Shown here piece by piece: positions 49,901 through 61,900 of a stretch of DNA of 64,000 nucleotides. Numbering within the stretch: the stretch's first letter is position 1; every line of letters starts with the position of its first letter. The stretch spans positions 2,420,001-2,484,000 of the forward strand of contig OZ249436.1 in assembly GCA_965235115.1 (NCBI GenBank), given 5' to 3'. This stretch comes from Laetmonice hystrix. Its lineage: Eukaryota. The notes under the pieces were generated by a model. The model was not told the origin of the DNA and did not search any database. It was given only the letters and a program-made list of their open reading frames with translations. The position numbers and the translations under genes are program-made.

Positions 49901-52900
49901 CCGACTGCACTGCTACCTTCCGGCTAGCGGAGGAATCACCACGTACTGGCAGGCACCTGTGGCTCTGAGGGGAGACACAGGTTAGGGCAATGATAAGCGA
50001 AAAAGGCTACATTTTTGATGCGTCAAATTGAAACTAAGCCTCCTAAAATTATGATTCTTAGGCCAGATGTATGACTGTCAAATGTATAGGTCTCGTACGT
50101 TCGCTGCAGATATATGGTTGTGATGTGTACACTTCCCATTTGAGCATGTTCTCCAGATTTTAACATTAGATGCTCCTCGCCTGTACCTTTCATTTCCACT
50201 ACCTCACTGTAGTGTTTGCACCTTTCATTAGGCCAGCCGGTAAGATTTAACGATTTTCCACTCTACTGGTTGGCCTTCCCCACTGCTTGGCCCCACAGCA
50301 TACTGTTTGGCCTCACTGTAGGCCTACTCTTAGGCCTCACTGTAGTGTTCGCTTTGGTGCTAGGCCAGACAGTATACCTTGTAGCCATTCCTCCTTGTAC
50401 TGTTTGGACTTCCTCGACCGTTTGCTTGTATACAAGAGTAGCCAGTAGTATAGGGACGCCTCATGTTTCATGTTTCCATGCCTTTATTGTCCAGGAGGAA
50501 GGCCATCCGTTTCGTCTATCATCTACTCCCATCTAATCTATGTCCCCTACGGACCATCTGTAAGCGTCCGACAACGTTGTCAGGTCGTCCCAATGACTGT
50601 TTGCCGTAAAGCTTTAGTTAACAATGGAAAATGACGTTGTACGCCTTTTCTATATCAGATATCCCATCCCCAAGTAACAAACAAACAAAGGAAGGTTACC
50701 GAGATTTTGCAGGCAAGAAACACCAGGGTGCAGCACAACTGCACTGAAGCGGGGGGGGGGTCCGACTGCACTGCTACCTTCCGGCTAGCGGTGGAATCAC
50801 CACGTACTGGCAGGCACCTGTGGCTCTGAGGCGAGACACAGGTTAAGGCAATGATAAGCGAAAAATGGCTACATTTTTGATACGTCAAATTGAAACTAAG
50901 CCTCCCAAAACTATGATTCTTAGGCCAGATGTACGACTGTCAAACATATAGGTCTCGTACGTTCGCTACAGCTATATGGTTGTGATGTGTACACTTCCCA
51001 TTTGAGCATGTTCTCCAGATTTTAACATTAGATGCTCCTCGCCTGTACCTTTCATTTCCACTACCTCACTGTAGTGTTTGCACCTTTCATTAGGCCAGTC
51101 GGTAAGATTTAAGGATTTCTCACTCTACTGGTTGGCCTTCCCCACTGCTTGGCCCCACAGCATACTGTTTGGCCTCACTGTAGGCCTACTCTTAGGCCTC
51201 ACTGTAGTGTTCGCTTTGGTACTAGGCCAGACAGTATACCTTGTAGCCATTCCTCCATGTACTGTTTGGTCTTCCTCTACCGTTTGCTTGTATACAAGAG
51301 TAGCCAGTAGTATAGGGACGCCTCATGTTTCATGTTTCATGTTTCCATGCCTTTATCGTCCAGGAGGAAGGCCATCCGTTTCGTCTATCATCTACTCCCA
51401 TCTAATCTATGTCCCCTACAGACCATCTGTAAGCGTCCGACAACGTTGTCAGGTCGTCCAAATGACTGTTTGCCGTAAAGCTTTAGTTAACAATGGAAAA
51501 TGACGTTGTACGCCTTTTCTATATCAGATATCCCATCCCCAAGTAACAAACAAACAAAGGAAGGTTACCGAGATTTTGCAGGCAAGAAACACCAGGGTGC
51601 AGCACAACTGCACTGAAGCGGGGGGGGGGGGGTCTCCGACTGCACTGCTACCTTCCGGCTAGCGGTGGAATCACCACGTACTGGCAGGCACCTGTGCCTC
51701 TGAGGCGAGAGACAGGTTAGGGCAATGATAAGCGAAAAATGGCTACATTTTTGATGCGTCAAATTGAAACTAAGCCTCCCAAAATTATGATTCTTAGGCC
51801 AGATGTACGACTGTCAAACGTATAGGTCTCGTACGTTCGCTACAGCTATATGGTTGTGATGTGTACACTTCCCATTTGAGCATGTTCTCCAGATTTTAAC
51901 ATTAGATGCTCCTCGCCTGTACCTTTCATTCCCACTACCTCACTGTAGTGTTTGCACCTTTCATTAGGCCAGCCGGTAAGATTTAAGGATTTTCCACTCT
52001 ACTGGTTAGCCTTCCCCACTGCTTGGCCCCACAGCATACTGTTTGGCCTCACTGTAGGCCTACTCTTAGGCCTCACTGTAGTGTTCGCTTTGGTGCTAGG
52101 CCAGACAGTATACCTTGTAGCCATTCCTCCCTGTACTGTTTGGACTTCCTCTACCGTTTGCTTGTATACAAGAGTAGCCAGTAGTATAGGGACGCCTCAT
52201 GTTTCATGTTTCCATGCCTTTATTGTCCCGGAGGAAGGCCATCCGTTTCGTCTATCATCTACTCCCATGTAATCTATGTCCCCTACAGACCATCTGTAAG
52301 TGTCCGACAACGTTGTCAGGTCGTCCCACTGACTGTTTGCCGAAAAGCTTTAGTTAACAATGGAAAATGACGTTGTACGCCTTTTCTATATCAGATATCC
52401 CATCCCCAAGTAACAAACAAACAAAGGAAGGTTACCGAGATTTTGCAGGCAAGAAACACCAGGGTGCAGCACAACTGCACTGAAGCGGGGGGGGGGGGGA
52501 TTCCGACTGCACTGCTACCTTCCGGCTAGCGGTGGAATCACCACGTACTGGCAGGCACCTGTGGCTCTGAGGCGAGAGACAGGTTAGGGCAATGATAAGC
52601 GAAAAATGGCTACATTTTTGATACGTCAAATTGAAACTAAGCCTCCCAAAATTATGATTCTTAGGCCAGATGTACGACTGTCAAACGTATAGATCTCGTA
52701 CTTTCGCTACAGATATATGGTTGTGATGTGTACACTTCCCATTTGAGCATGTTCTCCAGATTTTAACATTAGATGCTCCTCGCCTGTACCTTTCATTTCC
52801 ACTACCTCACTGTAGTGTTTGCACCTTTCATTAGGCCAGCCGGTAAGATTTAACGATTTTCCACTCTACTGGTTGGCCTTCCCCACTGCTTGGCCCCACA

Positions 52901-55900
52901 GCATACTGTTTGGCCTCACTGTAGGCCTACTCTTTGGCCTCACTGTAGTGTTCGCTTGGGTGCTAGGCCAGACGGTATACCTTGTAGCCATTCCTCCCTG
53001 TACTGTTTGGTCTTCCTCTACCGTTTGCTTGTCTACAAGAGTAGCCAGTAGTATAGGGACGCCTCATGTTTCATGTTTCCATGCCTTTATTGTCCAGGAG
53101 GAAGGCCATCCGTTTCGTCTATCATCTACTCCCATCTAATCTATGTCCCCCACAGACCATCTGTAAGCGTCCGACAATGTTGTCAGGTCGTCCCAATGAC
53201 TGTTTGCCGTAAGGCTTTAGTTAACAATGGAAAATGACGTTGTACGCCTTTTCTATATCAGATATCCCATCCCCAAGTAACAAACAAACAAAGGAAGGTT
53301 ACCGAGATTTTGCAGGCAAGAAACACCAGGGTGCAGCACAACTCCACTGAAGCGGAGGGGCGGGGGTCCCCGACTGCACTGCTACCTTCCGGCTAGCGGT
53401 GGAATCACCACGTACTGGCAGGCACCTGTGGCTCTGAGGCGAGACACAGGTTAAGGCAATGATAAGCGAAAAATGGCTACATTTTTGATACGTCAAATTG
53501 AAACTAAGCCTCCCAAAACTATGATTCTTAGGCCAGATGTACGACTGTCAAACATATAGGTCTCGTACGTTCGCTACAGCTATATGGTTGTGATGTGTAC
53601 ACTTCCCATTTGAGCATGTTCTCCAGATTTTAACATTAGATGCTCCTCGCCTGTACCTTTCATTTCCACTTCCTCACTGTAGTGTTTGCACCTTTCATTA
53701 GGCCAGTCGGTAAGATTTAAGGATTTCTCACTCTACTGGTTGGCCTTCCCCACTGCTTGGCCCCACAGTGTACTGTTTGGCCTCACTGTAGGCCTACTCT
53801 TAGGCCTCACTGTAGTGTTCGCTTTGGTACTAGGCCAGACAGTATACCTTGTAGCCATTCCTCCCTGTACTGTTTGGTCTTCCTCTACCGTTTGCTTGTA
53901 TACAAGAGTAGCCAGTAGTATAGGGACGCCTCATGTTTCATGTTTCCATGCCTTTATTGTCCAGGAGGAAGGCCATCCATTTCGTCTATCATCTACTCCC
54001 ATCTAATCTATGTCCCCTACAGACCATCTGTAAGCGTCCGACAACGTTGTCAGGTCGTCCCAATGACTGTTTGCCGAAAAGCTTTAGTTAACAATGGAAA
54101 ATGACGTTGTACGCCTTTTCTATATCAGATATCCCATCCCCAAGTAACAAACAAACAAAGGAAGGTTACCGAGATTTTGCAGGCAAGAAACACCAGGGTG
54201 CAGCACAACTCCACTGAAGCGGAGGGGCGGGGGTCCCCGACTGCACTGCTACCTTCCGGCTAGCGGTGGAATCACCACGTACTGGCAGGCACCTGTGGCT
54301 CTGAGGCGAGACACAGGTTAAGGCAATGATAAGCGAAAAATGGCTACATTTTTGATACGTCAAATTGAAACTAAGCCTCCCAAAACTATGATTCTTAGGC
54401 CAGATGTACGACTGTCAAACATATAGGTCTCGTACGTTCGCTACAGCTATATGGTTGTGATGTGTACACTTCCCATTTGAGCATGTTCTCCAGATTTTAA
54501 CATTAGATGCTCCTCGCCTGTACCTTTCATTTCCACTTCCTCACTGTAGTGTTTGCACCTTTCATTAGGCCAGTCGGTAAGATTTAAGGATTTCTCACTC
54601 TACTGGTTGGCCTTCCCCACTGCTTGGCCCCACAGTGTACTGTTTGGCCTCACTGTAGGCCTACTCTTAGGCCTCACTGTAGTGTTCGCTTTGGTACTAG
54701 GCCAGACAGTATACCTTGTAGCCATTCCTCCCTGTACTGTTTGGTCTTCCTCTACCGTTTGCTTGTATACAAGAGTAGCCAGTAGTATAGGGACGCCTCA
54801 TGTTTCATGTTTCCATGCCTTTATTGTCCAGGAGGAAGGCCATCCATTTCGTCTATCATCTACTCCCATCTAATCTATGTCCCCTACAGACCATCTGTAA
54901 GCGTCCGACAACGTTGTCAGGTCGTCCCAATGACTGTTTGCCGAAAAGCTTTAGTTAACAATGGAAAATGACGTTGTACGCCTTTTCTATATCAGATATC
55001 CCATCCCCAAGTAACAAACAAACAAAGGAAGGTTACCGAGATTTTGCAGGCAAGAAACACCAGGGTGCAGCACAACTCCACTGAAGCGGAGGGGCGGGGG
55101 TCCCCGACTGCACTGCTACCTTGCGGCTAGCGGTGGAATCACCACGTACTGGCAGGCACCTGTGGCTCTGAGGCGAGACACAGGTTAAGGCAATGATAAG
55201 CGAAAAATGGCTACATTTTTGATACGTCAAATTGAAACTAAGCCTCCCAAAACTATGATTCTTAGGCCAGATGTACGACTGTCAAAGATATAGGTCTCGT
55301 ACGTTCGCTACAGCTATATGGTTGTGATGTGTACACTTCCCATTTGAGCATGTTCTCCAGATTTTAACATTAGATGCTCCTCGCCTGTACCTTTCATTTC
55401 CACTACCTCACTGTAGTGTTTGCACCTTTCATTAGGCCAGTCGGTAAGATTTAAGGATTTCTCACTCTACTGGTTGGCCTTCCCCACTGCTTGGCCCCAC
55501 AGTGTACTGTTTGGCCTCACTGTAGGCCTACTCTTAGGCCTCACTGTAGTGTTCGCTTTGGTACTAGGCCAGACAGTATACCTTGTAGCCATTCCTCCAT
55601 GTACTGTTTGGTCTTCCTCTACCGTTTGCTTGTATACAAGAGTAGCCAGTAGTATAGGGACGCCTCATGTTTCATGTTTCCATGCCTTTATTGTCCAGGA
55701 GGAAGGCCATCCGTTTCGTCTATCATCTACTCCCATCTAATCTATTTCCCCTACAGACCATCTGTAAGCGTCCGACAACGTTGTCAGGTCGTCCCAATGA
55801 CTGTTTGCCGAAAAGCTTTAGTTAACAATGGAAAATGACGTTGTACGCCTTTTCTATATCAGATATCCCATCCCCAAGTAACAAACAAACAAAGGAAGGT

Positions 55901-58900
55901 TACCGAGATTTTGCAGGCAAGAAACACCAGGGTGCAGCACAACTGCACTGAAGCGGGGGGGGGGGGGGGGTCCGACTGCACTGCTACCTTCCGGCTAGCG
56001 GTGGAATCACCACGTACTGGCAGGCACCTGTGGCTCTGAGGCGAGACACAGGTTAAGGCAATGATAAGCGAAAAATGGCTACATTTTTGATACGTCAAAT
56101 TGAAACTAAGCCTCCCAAAACTATGATTCTTAGGCCAGATGTACGACTGTCAAACATATAGGTCTCGTACGTTCGCTACAGCTATATGGTTGTGATGTGT
56201 ACACTTCCCATTTGAGCATGTTCTCCAGATTTTAACATTAGATGCTCCTCGCCTGTACCTTTCATTTCCACTACCTCACTGTAGTGTTTGCACCTTTCAT
56301 TAGGCCAGTCGGTAAGATTTAAGGATTTCTCACTCTACTGGTTGGCCTTCCCCACTGCTTGGCCCCACAGCATACTGTTTGGCCTCACTGTAGGCCTACT
56401 CTTAGGCCTCACTGTAGTGTTCGCTTTGGTACTAGGCCAGACAGTATACCTTGTAGCCATTCCTCCATGTACTGTTTGGTCTTCCTCTACCGTTTGCTTG
56501 TATACAAGAGTAGCCAGTAGTATAGGGACGCCTCATGTTTCATGTTTCCATGCCTTTATTGTCCAGGAGGAAGGCCATCCGTTTCGTCTATCATCTACTC
56601 CCATCTAATCTATGTCCCCTACAGACCATCTGTAAGCGTCCGACAACGTTGTCAGGTCGCCCCAATGACTGTTTGCCGAAAAGCTTTAGTTAACAATGGA
56701 AAATGACGTTGTACGCCTTTTCTATATCAGATATCCCATCCCCAAGTAACAAACAAACAAAGGAAGGTTACCGAGATTTTGCAGGCAAAAAACACCAGGG
56801 TGCAGCACAACTGCACTGAAGCGGGGGGGGGGACTCCGACTGCACTGCTACCTTCCGGCTAGCGGTGGAATCACCACGTACTGGCAGGCACCTGTGGCTC
56901 TGAGGCGAGAGACAGGTTAGGGCAATGATAAGCGAAAAATGGCTACATTTTTGATGCGTCAAATTGAAACTAAGCCTCCCAAAATTATGATTCTTAGGCC
57001 AGATGTACGACTGTCAAACGTATAGGTCTCGTACGTTCGCTACAGCTATATGGTTGTGATGTGTACACTTCCCATTTGAGCATGTTCTCCAGATTTTAAG
57101 ATTAGATGCTCCTCGCCTGTACCTTTCATTTCCACTACCTCACTGTAGTGTTTGCACCTTTCATTAGTCCAGTCGGTAAGATTTAAGGATTTCTCACTCT
57201 ACTAGTTGGGCTTCCACACTGCTTGGCCCCACAGTGTACTGTTTGGCCTCACTGTAGGCCTACTCTTAGGCCTCACTGTAGTGTTCGCTTGGGTGCTAGG
57301 CCAGACAGTATACCTTGTAGCCATTCCTCCCTGTACTGTTTGGACTTCCTCTACCGTTTGCTTGTATACAAGAGTAGCCAGTAGTATAGGGACGCCTCAT
57401 GTTTCATGTTTCCATGCCTTTATTGTCCCGGAGGAAGGCCATCCGTTTCGTCTATCATCTACTCCCATGTAATCTATGTCCCCTACAGACCATCTGTAAG
57501 CGTCCGACAACGTTGTCAGGTCGTCCCACTGACTGTTTGCCGAAAAGCTTTAGTTAACAATGGAAAATGACGTTGTACGCCTTTTCTATATCAGATATCC
57601 CATCCCAAAGTAACAAACAAACAAAGGAAGGTTACCGAGATTTTGCAGGCAAGAAACACCAGGGTGCAGCACAACTGCACTGAAGCGGGGGGGGGGGGGG
57701 GGGACTCCGACTGCACTGCTACCTTCCGGCTAGCGGTGGAATCACCACGTACTGGCAGGCACCTGTGGCTCTGAGGCGAGAGACAGGTTAGGGCAATGAT
57801 AAGCGAAAAATGGCTACATTTTTGATGCGTCAAATTGAAACTAAGCCTCCCAAAATTATGATTCTTAGGCCAGATGTACGACTGTCAAACGTATAGGTCT
57901 CGTACTTTCGCTACAGATATATGGTTGTGATGTGTACACTTCCCATTTGAGCATGTTCTCCAGATTTTAACATTAGATGCTCCTCGCCTGTACCTTTCAT
58001 TTCCACTACCTCACTGTAGTGTTTGCACCTTTCATTAGGCCAGCCGGTAAGATTTAACGATTTTCCACTCTACTGGTTGGCCTTCCCCACTGCTTGGCCC
58101 CACAGCATACTGTTTGGCCTCACTGTAGGCCTACTCTTTGGCCTCACTGTAGTGTTCGCTTGGGTGCTAGGCCAGACGGTATACCTTGTAGCCATTCCTC
58201 CCTGTACTGTTTGGTCTTCCTCTACCGTTTGCTTGTATACAAGAGTAGCCAGTGGTATAGGGACGCCTCATGTTTCATGTTTCCATGCCTTTATTGTCCA
58301 GGAGGAAGGCCATCCGTTTCGTCTATCATCTACTCCCATCTAATCTATGTCCCCCACAGACCATCTGTAGGCTAAGCGTCCGACAATGTTGTCAGGTCGT
58401 CCCAATGACTGTTTGCCGTAAGGCTTTAGTTAACAATGGAAAATGACGTTGTACGCCTTTTCTATATCAGATATCCCATCCCCAAGTAACAAACAAACAA
58501 AGGAAGGTTACCGAGATTTTGCAGGCAAGAAACACCAGGGTGCAGCACAACTGCACTGAAGCGGAGGGGCGGGGGTCCCCGACTGCACTGCTACCTTCCG
58601 GCTAGCGGTGGAATCACCACGTACTGGCAGGCACCTGTGGCTCTGAGGCGAGACACAGGTTAAGGCAATGATAAGCGAAAAATGGCTACATTTTTGATAC
58701 GTCAAATTGAAACTAAGCCTCCCAAAACTATGATTCTTAGGCCAGATGTACGACTGTCAAACATATAGGTCTCGTACGTTCGCTACAGCTATATGGTTGT
58801 GATGTGTACACTTCCCATTTGAGCATGTTCTCCAGATTTTAACATTAGATGCTCCTCGCCTGTACCTTTCATTTCCACTTCCTCACTGTAGTGTTTGCAC

Positions 58901-61900
58901 CTTTCATTAGGCCAGTCGGTAAGATTTAAGGATTTCTCACTCTACTGGTTGGCCTTCCCCACTGCTTGGCCCCACAGTGTACTGTTTGGCCTCACTGTAG
59001 GCCTACTCTTAGGCCTCACTGTAGTGTTCGCTTTGGTACTAGGCCAGACAGTATACCTTGTAGCCATTCCTCCCTGTACTGTTTGGTCTTCCTCTACCGT
59101 TTGCTTGTATACAAGAGTAGCCAGTAGTATAGGGACGCCTCATGTTTCATGTTTCCATGCCTTTATTGTCCAGGAGGAAGGCCATCCATTTCGTCTATCA
59201 TCTACTCCCATCTAATCTATGTCCCCTACAGACCATCTGTAAGCGTCCGACAACGTTGTCAGGTCGTCCCAATGACTGTTTGCCGAAAAGCTTTAGTTAA
59301 CAATGGAAAATGACGTTGTACGCCTTTTCTATATCAGATATCCCATCCCCAAGTAACAAACAAACAAAGGAAGGTTACCGAGATTTTGCAGGCAAGAAAC
59401 ACCAGGGTGCAGCACAACTGCACTGAAGGGGGGGGGGGGGGACTCCGACTGCACTGCTACCTTCCGGCTAGCGGTGGAATCACCACGTACTGGCAGGCAC
59501 CTGTGGCTCTGAGGCGAGAGACAGGTTAGGGCAATGATAAGCGAAAAATGGCTACATTTTTGATGCGTCAAATTGAAACTAAGCCTCCCAAAACTATGAT
59601 TCTTAGGCCAGATGTACGACTGTCAAACATATAGGTCTCGTACGTTCGCTACAGCTATATGGTTGTGATGTGTACACTTCCCATTTGAGCATGTTCTCCA
59701 GATTTTAACATTAGATGCTCCTCGCCTGTACCTTTCATTTCCACTACCTCACTGTAGTGTTTGCACCTTTCATTAGGCCAGTCGGTAAGATTTAAGGATT
59801 TCTCACTCTACTGGTTGGCCTTCCCCACTGCTTGGCCCCACAGTGTACTGTTTGGCCTCACTGTAGGCCTACTCTTAGGCCTCACTGTAGTGTTCGCTTT
59901 GGTACTAGGCCAGACAGTATACCTTGTAGCCATTCCTCCCTGTACTGTTTGGTCTTCCTCTACCGTTTGCTTGTATACAAGAGTAGCCAGTAGTATAGGG
60001 ACGCCTCATGTTTCATGTTTCCATGCCTTTATTGTCCAGGAGGAAGGCCATCCATTTCGTCTATCATCTACTCCCATCTAATCTATGTCCCCTACAGACC
60101 ATCTGTAAGCGTCCGACAACGTTGTCAGGTCGTCCCAATGACTGTTTGCCGAAAAGCTTTAGTTAACAATGGAAAATGACGTTGTACGCCTTTTCTATAT
60201 CAGATATCCCATCCCCAAGTAACAAACAAACAAAGGAAGGTTACCGAGATTTTGCAGGCAAGAAACACCAGGGTGCAGCACAACTCCACTGAAGCGGAGG
60301 GGCGGGGGTCCCCGACTGCACTGCTACCTTGCGGCTAGCGGTGGAATCACCACGTACTGGCAGGCACCTGTGGCTCTGAGGCGAGAGACAGGTTAGGGCA
60401 ATGATAAGCGAAAAATGGCTACATTTTTGATGCGTCAAATTGAAACTAAGCCTCCCAAAATTATGATTCTTAGGCCAGATGTACGACTGTCAAACGTATA
60501 GGTCTCGTACGTTCGCTACAGCTATATGGTTGTGATGTGTACACTTCCCATTTGAGCATGTTCTCCAGATTTTAAGATTAGATGCTCCTCGCCTGTACCT
60601 TTCATTTCCACTACCTCACTGTAGTGTTTGCACCTTTCATTAGTCCAGTCGGTAAGATTTAAGGATTTCTCACTCTACTAGTTGGGCTTCCACACTGCTT
60701 GGCCCCACAGTGTACTGTTTGGCCTCACTGTAGGCCTACTCTTAGGCCTCACTGTAGTGTTCGCTTGGGTGCTAGGCCAGACAGTATACCTTGTAGCCAT
60801 TCCTCCCTGTACTGTTTGGACTTCCTCTACCGTTTGCTTGTATACAAGAGTAGCCAGTAGTATAGGGACGCCTCATGTTTCATGTTTCCATGCCTTTATT
60901 GTCCCGGAGGAAGGCCATCCGTTTCGTCTATCATCTACTCCCATGTAATCTATGTCCCCTACAGACCATCTGTAAGCGTCCGACAACGTTGTCAGGTCGT
61001 CCCACTGACTGTTTGCCGAAAAGCTTTAGTTAACAATGGAAAATGACGTTGTACGCCTTTTCTATATCAGATATCCCATCCCAAAGTAACAAACAAACAA
61101 AGGAAGGTTACCGAGATTTTGCAGGCAAGAAACACCAGGGTGCAGCACAACTGCACTGAAGCGGGGGGGGGGGACTCCGACTGCACTGCTACCTTCCGGC
61201 TAGCGGTGGAATCACCACGTACTGGCAGGCACCTGTGGCTCTGAGGCGAGAGACAGGTTAGGGCAATGATAAGCGAAAAATGGCTACATTTTTGATGCGT
61301 CAAATTGAAACTAAGCCTCCCAAAATTATGATTCTTAGGCCAGATGTACGACTGTCAAACGTATAGGTCTCGTACTTTCGCTACAGATATATGGTTGTGA
61401 TGTGTACACTTCCCATTTGAGCATGTTCTCCAGATTTTAACATTAGATGCTCCTCGCCTGTACCTTTCATTTCCACTACCTCACTGTAGTGTTTGCACCT
61501 TTCATTAGGCCAGCCGGTAAGATTTAACGATTTTCCACTCTACTGGTTGGCCTTCCCCACTGCTTGGCCCCACAGCATACTGTTTGGCCTCACTGTAGGC
61601 CTACTCTTTGGCCTCACTGTAGTGTTCGCTTGGGTGCTAGGCCAGACGGTATACCTTGTAGCCATTCCTCCCTGTACTGTTTGGTCTTCCTCTACCGTTT
61701 GCTTGTATACAAGAGTAGCCAGTGGTATAGGGACGCCTCATGTTTCATGTTTCCATGCCTTTATTGTCCAGGAGGAAGGCCATCCGTTTCGTCTATCATC
61801 TACTCCCATCTAATCTATGTCCCCCACAGACCATCTGTAGGCTAAGCGTCCGACAATGTTGTCAGGTCGTCCCAATGACTGTTTGCCGTAAGGCTTTAGT

